Assembly (NCBI GenBank): GCA_000092065.1 | Contig: CP000594.1 | Direction: 5' to 3' (one strand) | DNA from: Ostreococcus lucimarinus | Lineage: Eukaryota | DNA: 64,000 nt | In this document: positions 41,076-50,091 of the stretch, one piece after another | How positions within the stretch are numbered: position 1 is the stretch's first letter | Layout of the letters: each line of letters starts with the position of its first letter | Notes under the pieces: generated by a model | What the model saw: only the letters and a program-made list of their open reading frames with translations | What the model was told of the DNA's origin: nothing | Database searches by the model: none | Program-made: the position numbers and the translations under genes

Positions 41076-44000
41076 ATGCCGACGCGCGAGTATCAGATGA
41101 GCGATTATCACACGTACGAGGCGATCGGGAAAGGGAAGCACAGTACGGTGTATAAGGGGCGACGGAAGAAGTCGATTCAGTACTTTGCGATGAAGAGCGT
41201 GGAGAAAGGACAGAGAAATCGAGTGATGCACGAGGTGCAAGTGATGAAGGCGTTTTCCCACGAAAACGTGTTGAAATTCATCGCGTGTTACGAGACGCAA
41301 AATCATCTGTGGTTGATTCTGGAATACTGCGTCGGAGGTGATTTGTTGACGCTGCTGTCGCAAGATCTCAAGCTTCCCGAACCTTCCATCATGACGTTCG
41401 CGCGCGATATGTTCGTCGCCGCGCGAGAGTTGCACAGTAAAGGACTGGTGCACTGCGATTTAAAGCCAAGTAACATGTTGCTCGACGAAGAAGGGCGGAT
41501 TAAGATTTGCGGATTCGGACTCAGTCGCAAGGTTTCCACTGTCGTGGCGTCTTCGGGTACGCCCACGCAGCTGTCGCGTCGAGGGACACCGTGTTATATG
41601 GCTCCGGAGATGTTTACACAAGAGGGCGTGCACTCGTACGCGACGGACTTGTGGGCGTTGGGGTGCGTGCTGTATGAGTGCGCCACCGGACGACCCCCGT
41701 TCACGAGTACGTCGTTGACATCATTGATCGAACAGATTTTAGAGCACGAGCCCGCACCGTTGCCCGCGGCGTATGGTACGACGTTTAAGAATTTGGTCTC
41801 TGGGTTGCTCATCAAGCGCCCGCACGCTCGTTTGACGTGGGACCAAGTCATTAACCATGAATTTTGGACCGAGCGCGGAGGGCAATACTTGGACGATCTT
41901 GGTGACTTAGTGACGCTTAGACTCCCACCGCAGCCTTCATTCGACGCGCTCGCGGCTAAACTGAAGAGCGAGGATTTGGCGGCGAGACTGCGAATGCTTG
42001 GAAACGCAAGAGCGTCGGGGGCGGTGGACGTGCGCGATTCTTTCATGCCCGTCTTGACGCAAAGTTTACGAGATAGCGTAAACGTCTCGCGACTGTCGAG
42101 GATTGCGCGTTCAAATTTGGAGCGAGAAGAAGTCGGTTCGTACGCGCCTAGCGGTGCTGCAGCTATCGAAGGCGACCCCTTGCAAGTCGCTGCCATTCAC
42201 GAAGACGTGGAGTTGGAGAATCCAGACGCTGAGCTCAACTTCACCGCTCCGAGCGGGAACGACGATTTGGACGTGGACATGGAAACCGAAGACGTTATCA
42301 TACCTTCAGCTCCCAAAACGCCTCCTAGGGGAGGTCGTCGTGGTGACGATGATTACGCAGATGAAAACAGAGCAGAGAACTTTGCCGATCCCGCTGAGTC
42401 GTTTGGTGACGAGATGCAGTCGGACAGCGATGACGCAACTCGCATCGTGCTCACACCTCCGACCGCGGACGCTATGTTAGTAGACACGCGTTCGCCGGCT
42501 TCGACGAGTCGCTCGTTACAGACGGCAGATGATGAGTTCGAAGAAACGTCGTCTTCGATGCGTCGCTTGGCGCCGCTTCCGGCGGAGACGCCGGCGGTGA
42601 TCGGGAGGACAGAAAGTAGGATGCCTTCGCTGGCGGCAAGGAATGATGTGCTGGCAAAAAGTGTCGATTACGACAAGTTCAAGAAGCTGTGCACGCATTC
42701 GACCGATTTGACCGTGCGACCCATCGTGTCCAATCACAGAATTGAAGTGGTGAAAGACGCGCCTCACGATCCAGAAAAGTTGCCCTTCAAAGAATTGAGC
42801 GTGGACAAAATGTTGGCGACTTCTCAGAGCGAGCTCGAAGCGTTTCTGACTCGTATTTACCGCTCCGTGGCGCACCCTTCAAACGTTCAAGAAAAAGTTA
42901 ACACTTTGGCTTATTTCGAGACGTTGTGCACCGAGGCGTCGAGCGCGAACGTCTTGGCGAATTCATCCTTGATGTCAATGTTCGTCCGAGTGCTCGGTAG
43001 CAGCAAATCTCCACCGTTGAAGATCAAGCTTTGCAGCATCATGGGCTTGTTGATGCGACATGCGACGCATATTAGCGATGAGTTCGCGAAGAGTGAGGCT
43101 GCAAAAGTACTGGCGGGCACTATGAGCGACGAAAACTCTCGCGTGAGACGCCGAGCTATGGCGGCGCTCGGGGAACTGTCGTTTTACGTCGCGACGCAGC
43201 AGAGGCCAGACGCATCACAAGTATGGGGTATCACCGACAGTGTGATTGAGGTCTTCATCAAGACGTTAGAAGAGGAAGAAGATGAAATTACTAAGCACTA
43301 CGCGTGCAAGAGCATCGAGAACATAGTCTCTCACGAGGGCTCAACGTGGATACAAGACGCATTCGCGGAGTGTCGCGTCGTAAGTGTTTTGTTTTCAATC
43401 GCGACGAATGACGCCGTAGACGACCAGCTTCGTGGTACTTCGGCAAGTGCGCTCGCAAGAATCGTTCGGCTCAAGTCGGAAACGCTTCACCCACTGGTCG
43501 GCGAAGAGGATTGCGATGGTTCAAATGCACGCGATGGCCTGGTGAAAATGCTTAGAGATCGTGAGAGAAAAGTACAACAGGCGGCACTCAACGTGTTGTG
43601 TAGAGCGCTGGTGGATGAAAAGTCGCGCTTGATTGCCACTATCATGGAAGTTCAAACGCTTTTGCCCATTCTTGCTGGATTGTACGAGCGAAGTCAAACG
43701 CCCATCATCAAAGCCAAGTCGTTGCTCGCGATGGCGCTTTTGATTCGCGCGCATCCAAAATGGTTGCAATCGCTTTGCAAGGCGCGCGTTTTGCCGATGT
43801 TGGATCGTCAACCGACGCAAATGGACCCTTATTTACAAGAATGTTTCGATACGTTCGTCACCACCGTTGTGGCCCTCGTGCCGGTCGTGAACACTGGTAT
43901 CTTGCAGTACGTCGAGCGATCGCTCTCCACGGGATTGTCATCGGAAAACGCCATGCGACCGCAAGCGTTTGAGTTATTTCCTGTGCTCATTCATTTGCTG

Positions 44001-44888
44001 CAATCGACTGTCATGCGACCAAAAGTATTGACCAGTGCGTTTGTGATCGACATTGCGAAGTACATTCGCGCCGCTGAGGCTGAAGAGGATTACCCTGGTC
44101 GCGACGAGCTTCGCGTGGGAGTTATGGCGTTGCTCGAGACGTGCGCACAGTGTACGAATGAGTTGATTCATAAGGTTGATGCGTTGACGCGTCACTTATT
44201 ACCGGCGCTGTGCGACTTACTCGAAGGAAGTGCGCACGTTGAAACTCGTTTCTTGGCGCTGAAGCTCATCTACGAACTCTTGCTGCCATTGCGTTTGGAT
44301 TTGGATATCGCCACGCAAAGCGGTCTCGATCGAAAAGTCGTTGCGCACCACTTGGACCAGCTCTTGATGCAAGACTTGTTCCCGATGTGCCCTGCGTTGA
44401 TCGATAGTGAAGACCCAATCCCATTGTACGCTTTGAAACTTCTCAGCGGCACGCTGGAGATTGAGCCCGCGCTTTGTCGCGAAATCATCGCCTTGGGTTT
44501 GGCGCCAAGATTCTTTGAGTTTCTCTCGCTCGAGCACACGAACAACAACGAGCACAACATACATCTGTGTCTCGCCCTCGCTCGATGCAAAGCGCTCAGC
44601 ACGCAATCATTGTGGGACTTCGACGCCCCTGCGAAAGTCGCGCAAGTATGTGCGTATAGCTACGAGCGAAACGTCACGCAGTTTGTCGAGCCCGCGCTCG
44701 GCATCGCCGCCACCCTCCTTCGCCGCGCCGCCGCCGACGCGCCTCGCGCCGCCGGAGACGCCGTCCCATCCGAAATCACCCCTCTCCTCGAGGTCGCGCC
44801 GACGCTTCGTCGGCTTGCAGCGACCATACCCGACGGTGCGCTCGCGCGCGATATCACTCATTCCCTCGACACCTTCAACGCGCATTAA
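41076..44888 (+). CDS. ULK4/RUNKEL-like protein: N-terminal Ser/Thr (pseudo)kinase domain plus a long C-terminal ARM/HEAT-repeat region (1270 aa, single exon).
   Basis: Kinase subdomains (IGKGKHSTVYKG, YFAMKSV, HCDLKPSNML, GTPCYMAPE, DLWALGCVLYE). The DFG motif reads ICGFG, so the Mg-binding Asp is replaced by Gly. About 950 aa of helical repeats follow. Confidence 0.8.
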   Translation: MPTREYQMSDYHTYEAIGKGKHSTVYKGRRKKSIQYFAMKSVEKGQRNRVMHEVQVMKAFSHENVLKFIACYETQNHLWLILEYCVGGDLLTLLSQDLKLPEPSIMTFARDMFVAARELHSKGLVHCDLKPSNMLLDEEGRIKICGFGLSRKVSTVVASSGTPTQLSRRGTPCYMAPEMFTQEGVHSYATDLWALGCVLYECATGRPPFTSTSLTSLIEQILEHEPAPLPAAYGTTFKNLVSGLLIKRPHARLTWDQVINHEFWTERGGQYLDDLGDLVTLRLPPQPSFDALAAKLKSEDLAARLRMLGNARASGAVDVRDSFMPVLTQSLRDSVNVSRLSRIARSNLEREEVGSYAPSGAAAIEGDPLQVAAIHEDVELENPDAELNFTAPSGNDDLDVDMETEDVIIPSAPKTPPRGGRRGDDDYADENRAENFADPAESFGDEMQSDSDDATRIVLTPPTADAMLVDTRSPASTSRSLQTADDEFEETSSSMRRLAPLPAETPAVIGRTESRMPSLAARNDVLAKSVDYDKFKKLCTHSTDLTVRPIVSNHRIEVVKDAPHDPEKLPFKELSVDKMLATSQSELEAFLTRIYRSVAHPSNVQEKVNTLAYFETLCTEASSANVLANSSLMSMFVRVLGSSKSPPLKIKLCSIMGLLMRHATHISDEFAKSEAAKVLAGTMSDENSRVRRRAMAALGELSFYVATQQRPDASQVWGITDSVIEVFIKTLEEEEDEITKHYACKSIENIVSHEGSTWIQDAFAECRVVSVLFSIATNDAVDDQLRGTSASALARIVRLKSETLHPLVGEEDCDGSNARDGLVKMLRDRERKVQQAALNVLCRALVDEKSRLIATIMEVQTLLPILAGLYERSQTPIIKAKSLLAMALLIRAHPKWLQSLCKARVLPMLDRQPTQMDPYLQECFDTFVTTVVALVPVVNTGILQYVERSLSTGLSSENAMRPQAFELFPVLIHLLQSTVMRPKVLTSAFVIDIAKYIRAAEAEEDYPGRDELRVGVMALLETCAQCTNELIHKVDALTRHLLPALCDLLEGSAHVETRFLALKLIYELLLPLRLDLDIATQSGLDRKVVAHHLDQLLMQDLFPMCPALIDSEDPIPLYALKLLSGTLEIEPALCREIIALGLAPRFFEFLSLEHTNNNEHNIHLCLALARCKALSTQSLWDFDAPAKVAQVCAYSYERNVTQFVEPALGIAATLLRRAAADAPRAAGDAVPSEITPLLEVAPTLRRLAATIPDGALARDITHSLDTFNAH

Positions 44889-44889
44889 T

Positions 44890-44894
44890 TGTAA
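44890..44894 (+). terminator. TGTAA putative poly(A) signal, 2 nt after the ULK4-like stop codon.
   Basis: The motif is in the sequence. TGTAA is the established chlorophyte polyadenylation signal. Confidence 0.4.
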
Positions 44895-45147
44895 CACAGA
44901 ACTCGCACGCGAGTCAACAGCACGCTGTCAACTCACACACAGATGCTCATTCGGTCAACAATCGACCGCACACCACGCGCGCGTCGCCGCACGACGTCGA
45001 GCGACACAGGGAGCCGTAACGGAACCGCACGGAACGTCACCTTCCGCCGCGCGCGAACGCTCGCGATAGACAACCGACGCGCGCGTTGTCGCAACGTCGA
45101 CCGGGACACGAAGCGTTTTTTCAACCGTCGCGCGCCTTCGCGTCATC

Positions 45148-46446
45148 ATGCCTCGAGATCACACCCGCGACGCCAAGCCGTGGACCGCGGAGGAAGATGC
45201 AGCGTTGTTGACGCTACAAGGCGCGCATGGGAACAGATGGAGCGAGATCGCGCGCGCGATGGGCACTCGGAGTGGACAACAGTGCGCACAGCGGTGGCGA
45301 CACAAGGTCAACCCAGGGATCCGACGGGAGCGGTGGAGCGAGGAGGAGGATGAAAAGGTGCGAATGCGGTCGATAACGTGAGCAAATGATATTGGTTACA
45401 TGCGTTGTGTGCGCAGAACACAATTTTGGTCGCGTGGCGGGAGAGATATCGTCGAGTGGTCCCGCGCGGTCCCGCGTCGTCTCAAACGATTTGACTGACG
45501 AAGAGAGCGATTTGATTTGACGTGACAGTTGAAGACACTGAAAGAGCGCTACGGGTCGAGATGGGCAACGATCGCGCGTGAAATGGGTGGTCGCACGGAT
45601 CAGCAATGTATGGGACGGTGGAGACGACATCTCGATCCGACAGTGACTCGCGGCGCGTGGGCTCGGGACGAAGACGAGCTCTTGTGCGGGTTGTACGACG
45701 AGTACGGTCCGCGATGGTCATTCATCTGTCAGAGCGTTCCGGGTCGCACCGCGCAACAATGTCGCGCGCGATGGTTTCAAGTCGACGGTAAGCCCAGGGA
45801 AGAGCGCGATCATCGCCCGTCCAGGCGGCAATCGCCCGTCGAGACTTCATCTCATGGACCCGCGGAGGATCATCCAGCGCGGCGATTTTCCGATCATGAA
45901 GGGTTGGTGACGCGTACTTCGATCGATTCGATGCCCATGGCGAGTCTGTCGCCAACACCAGTCGCTGAAAAACGACCATTCAGTCACATTCTGGCCGAAG
46001 TCAGCGCGCGCACGACGCAAAAGACTGGATCGTTAATAGAATCCGCCTCCATAGCGACTGCGCTCGGGCGCGCTTCGCCGGCGACTCTCTCAAAGCGCAA
46101 ACAAGTATCGACAGCGCTGGATCCGATGTCGCTTTGGCGCGACGTCGGCGGTACGAAAGCCGTCGGTAGCTTGGCGCCGACACTCGTGGAAGATGGTAAG
46201 CGCAAACGCGGACGCCCGTCGAAGACGGTGGACGCGCCGCGGTCGCCGATGGCGAGGCTTTCGGTACAATCTCCTCGCGCATCATCGGTGTATGCACCGC
46301 GAACGCGCGCGCGAGCGTCGACGGCATCTGCATCATCCAAATCTACGCCTCATTCGTCAGTGATTGGTCGATCGACAGAAGAGGATAAACTCTCCGTTTT
46401 GCTCGGCGTCGCGCTCGGTCGAAGCGACGGCGCGGCGCCGCGTTGA
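45148..46446 (+). CDS. R1R2R3-type (3R) MYB transcription factor. Two exons: 45148..45357 and 45529..46446, with a 171-nt intron 45358..45528.
   Basis: Three SANT/Myb repeats with regularly spaced Trp: R1 KPWTAEEDAALLTLQGAHGNRWSEIARAMGTRSGQQCAQRWRHKVNP; R2 RERWSEEEDEK|LKTLKERYGSRWATIAREMGGRTDQQCMGRWRRHLDP spanning the intron; R3 RGAWARDEDELLCGLYDEYGPRWSFICQSVPGRTAQQCRARWFQV. Donor GTGCGA. Branch GACTGACGAAGA. 3' splice site GACAG. Splicing restores the R2 repeat exactly. Confidence 0.8.
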
Positions 46447-46484
46447 ATCGGCTAGGGAAAAATAATGTTGGTTTGCTGCTCGTG

Positions 46485-46489
46485 TTGTA
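46485..46489 (+). terminator. TGTAA putative poly(A) signal, about 40 nt after the MYB stop codon.
   Basis: The motif is in the sequence. Confidence 0.35.
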
Positions 46490-46497
46490 ACGACAAA

Positions 46498-47274
46498 CTA
46501 CGAAGAGAAAAACGTTTTTATGAGCGCTGGATTCGGGAGTCGATAGCTACGCCGCGACGCACTCGAGGAGCGCTTGAAAGTCCGCCTCCTCGTTCGCGTC
46601 GGGGAGGGCGTCAAAGCGCGCGTCGTCGAGCCACGCGAAATCGTCGATGTCAATCCCATCGAGGTCATCTTGACTTTCTGAATGAATCCCCGATTCTGAT
46701 TCCGCGCCGCGGGCGAGGTCGCCGTCCAGGCTCCCGAGCGCGCCCTCGACGTCGTCCGAGTTCGCGCTCGGCGAGTTCGCCCGTCGTCGTCGTTTGCGGT
46801 TGGCATATTCATCGCGCTTTTCTCGCCGGCGCGTGGCTCGTCCCCGCGCGTCGCTCCAAACGGGCCCTCTCCGACGCGTCGACGAGACGAATCCCTTCGT
46901 CTCCTCTTCGCGTCTTCGATAGCCCTCGCGACGCGCGCGAGTTCCGAGCGCGTAGTCCGGCTTCGCGACCGCGTATAATCCGCCCCCGACGACGACGGCG
47001 TCCGCGCCGGCGTCCGCTCCCCATCGCTCGCGCGCGACGACGCCACCCTTCCGTCCCATCCCGCGCGCCGCTCGCGCGTCAGCTCCGACAGCGCGTCCTT
47101 CAGCACCGCGTTCTCCGTCGCGAGCGCGCGCGTCAACCGCTCGAGCGCGTCCACGCGTCGCCGCGCGTCCCGCTCGAGCGCCCGCTTCCGCGCCCGCGAC
47201 GCCGCGCTCGCCGCGCGATTCGCCTCGAGTCGACGCGCGCGTCGCGTCGCGTCGTCCGCGTCGCGCGTCGCCAT
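46498..47274 (-). CDS. bZIP transcription factor. The 3' structure is unresolved: an acidic activation-like tail is open in another frame at 46547..47059.
   Basis: Basic region plus leucine zipper RRARRLEANRAASAASRARKRALERDARRRVDALERLTRALATENAVLKDALSEL (N-x2-AA-x2-SR-x-RK signature, heptad Leu). The alternative frame ends ...DLDGIDIDDFAWLDDARFDALPDANEEADFQALLECVAA*. The start is assumed at ATG 47274. Confidence 0.4.
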   Translation of the reverse strand: MATRDADDATRRARRLEANRAASAASRARKRALERDARRRVDALERLTRALATENAVLKDALSELTRERRAGWDGRVASSRASDGERTPARTPSSSGADYTRSRSRTTRSELARVARAIEDAKRRRRDSSRRRVGEGPFGATRGDEPRAGEKSAMNMPTANDDDGRTRRARTRTTSRARSGAWTATSPAARNQNRGFIQKVKMTSMGLTSTISRGSTTRALTPSPTRTRRRTFKRSSSASRRSYRLPNPALIKTFFSS

Positions 47275-47717
47275 CGCGCGCGCGTCGGCGTGTGCGTCGA
47301 CGCGGTCGGCACCCGCGGCGTCGGACGCGTGGTCGCGCGTTTCGATTGGTCGGCGGCGTGCATCGCGCGTTTCGATTGGTCGGCGCACGTGCGTCGATTC
47401 GCGCGTTTTACACCGCGCGAACGCGATGTGCGCATATATGCGACGCGGGTAAACCCTACACGTGCGCGCGTGTGTCCGTTCCGTGTGTGTGTTACGGTCT
47501 CGCATTTGAACGCGTCGCCGCGGGATCGCGCGCGCGCGCGGTCACACGACGAACGCGCGCGCGGGATCGCGCGCGCGCGCGACGTCCGACGCGACGCATC
47601 GACGGCGACGCGTTTACATCGACGCGCGCGACGCGCGAAATCGGCGCTCGAACGCGACGGACGCGCGGAGCGACGGTATTAACACGCGCGGACGACGGGG
47701 CGACGGCGCGGGCGATC

Positions 47718-48627
47718 ATGGAGGCGACGACGACGACGACGACGACGGGCGCGGGAGAGCGCGACGAAGCGCGGCGATCGCTCGAAGCGCTCGGTGAACG
47801 CGAGTTTCTGGATGATTTGGTGCGCGGCGACGCTCGAACGCGCGAACGGGGACGGAATAGGGGATATTAAGAATGCGGACGCGCGAGGGCGATTGGCGCG
47901 CGGCGCGAGGGGCGGACGCGCGAAGCGCGCGACGAGGACGCGGGCGCGGCGACTGACGACGACGCGATCGACGGTGATTGGTTTTCGCGATAGATATTGA
48001 CGCTGAGGAAGGATCCGGCGCTCGCGCGAGAGGTTCCCGAGGGCGTGGGTGGGTGACGACGCGCGGCGCGAATCTCGTCGGAGCGGCGAATCGTCGCGAT
48101 TTCGGAGGCGCGCGCGGCGCGTTTGATTCGGCGCGGCGCGGACGAGCGATCGAGAGACTGACGACGAGGACGACGACGCTCGATCGCGAATCGCAGACTA
48201 CTCGCAGTTCCCGCAGCGCACGGTGAATGGTTTTAAACTGGATTTGTTTGGGTTGTATCACAACGTGTGCGCGCGGGGAGGTTTTCCCGTGGAGACGAAT
48301 GGGTCGGCGAGCAAGGTGCCGTGGTCGTGGAGCAAGGAAATTTTCAAGGGCATGGCGAACTGGACGGACAACCATCGGTGCACGTCGGTGGGGCACGATT
48401 TAATCTGCAGCTATCGCAAGTACTTGCTCGCGTACGAGCAGGCGCACCCGGAGGACGTCGACACGAGCGGCGCGCCCGTGGACGCGAACGCGGTGCCGCG
48501 CGGCGAGCAGACGATTCGAACGCGCGTGGCGACTGGCGCGCCGCAACGACGACGCGCGGGCGAAGGCGGCGCGGGAGGGAGTGGACGCGGGCGCGGACGG
48601 CCGCGCAATCCCGACGGCGGCGGTGGA

Positions 48628-48665
<38 letters not shown>

Positions 48666-49956
48666 ACCGCCGGGATTGCCCTCGCGAGGCGGGAACAATT
48701 TCAACTTTTCCATCGGCAATCGCGTGCGCGTGTACTGGCCGAGCGATAACGATTGGTACTCGGGGATGGTCGTGATGCAGGAGACGACGCCGGAGGGGGT
48801 GGTTTACAGTAAAATTGATTACGACGATGGTGATGAAGAAGTTTTGAATCTTTCAAACGAGATTTGTGAGTGTTTGGACGACGACGAAGATGGATTAGTG
48901 TATCGCCCGAGACCGAGCTCGAGGCGAGGCGCGAACACGGGCACTCCTGGGCAATTGGCGTTGGAGTACCAAGGTGGACACGAGCACGAGACGATGCGGC
49001 AGCCGATATCTATGGAAGAAGTCCTCGAGGCGATGAATCGTCGGGAAGCAGCGCGAGGTTTGTTTGAGCTATCGGCGGAACCGCACGAGGCGCAGGAAAC
49101 GTTTCGGCTCGGGTACATGATGGGCGTTCGTCGCGCCGCGTTCAAGGCGGTGGATGTCATGCAAACCATGCTGGCGAGGGCGTTTCCCGAGGGTGATCCG
49201 ATGCGGGATTTGGTGACGAAAGAAGATTTGCACAAGGCGGTGGTGGATGGCACGTACGAGGCTGATGCGGAGAGCGAGCTCGAGGAGGAACCGCCGGAGG
49301 ATGAAGCGAACGATCCCATTGAGACGAAGACGTACGATCGCCCTTGGCCGAAAGAAACTAATATCCCCACGGAACAGGAAGTGTCGGACGAATTAGAAGC
49401 CATGCGCGCCGCTGCAAAAGAACGGCAAGCGCAAATGCAGCAACCGCTCGACGCGGATGGGAACCCAAAATTGGTCTTCAAGGTGAAGCGATCGCGCGAG
49501 TCGACGGACGATTTAGTCGCTTCGGCGGATGGCAAAGACGTCGCGATGGACAATGCTGACAAGCAAACGGAAGGAACGAAACCAGCGGTGGAGATGACGA
49601 CTGGTACTGATCCCACCGGCGGAGAAGATGAAGAACCCGACGCGAAACGCCCTGCGCCCGAAGACGCCGCCGCGAGCGCCACGCCGCTCGGCGACCAACG
49701 CCGCATCGCCCTTAATAAAGTCGTCAATGTCGAATACGGCGGCGACAAGACCGTCCTTCGCTGGCTCGACACCCACGGCTGGGGTCATTACGCCGGTTCG
49801 TTCGCCGTCTACGGCGTCTCCCGCCGGACCCTGAACTACCTCTCGATGACAGATTTGGAAAACATTCAAGTCGACGCGCCGGCGCGCGCGCAAATGTTCA
49901 GAGCGCTCGATCGCCGTCGCAAGCGCAACGAAAAGTACCGCTTGAACGGCACATGA
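47718..49956 (+). CDS. ARID (AT-rich interaction domain) protein with RG/RGG repeats, a Tudor-like domain and a C-terminal SAM domain. Proposed exons 47718..47819 and 48208..49956.
   Basis: ARID core FPQRTVNGFKLDLFGLYHNVCARGGFPVETNGSASKVPWSWSKEIFKGMANWTDNHRCTSVGHDLICSYRKYLLAYEQ. Exon 1 MEATTTTTTTGAGERDEARRSLEALGEREFLDDL ends at donor GTGCGC. 3' splice site CTCGCAG at 48207 with branch GAGAGACTGACGACG. The join leaves helix 1 shorter than in typical ARIDs, so the exon-1 boundary is tentative. Tudor-like NRVRVYWPSDNDWYSGMVV...YDDGDEEVLNL. SAM-like LRWLDTHGWGHYAGSFAVYGVSRRTLNYLSMTDLENI. Confidence 0.6.
48629..48666 (+). repeat. (GGGCGC)n hexanucleotide repeat encoding an (RG)n stretch in the ARID protein.
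   Basis: gggcgcgggcgcgggcgcgggcgcgggcgcgggcg, visible directly. Confidence 0.7.
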
Positions 49957-50091
49957 CTTTTCATCGCAATTTGCATAGCACTTTTTAGCGTTTCATAAAA
50001 ACTTTCCACGCGTTCGCGACGAAGTCCATCCGCGTCTCGTCGCGCGGCGCCGCACACCGCGACGCGACATCCATCGCGAGATCGCGTCACC

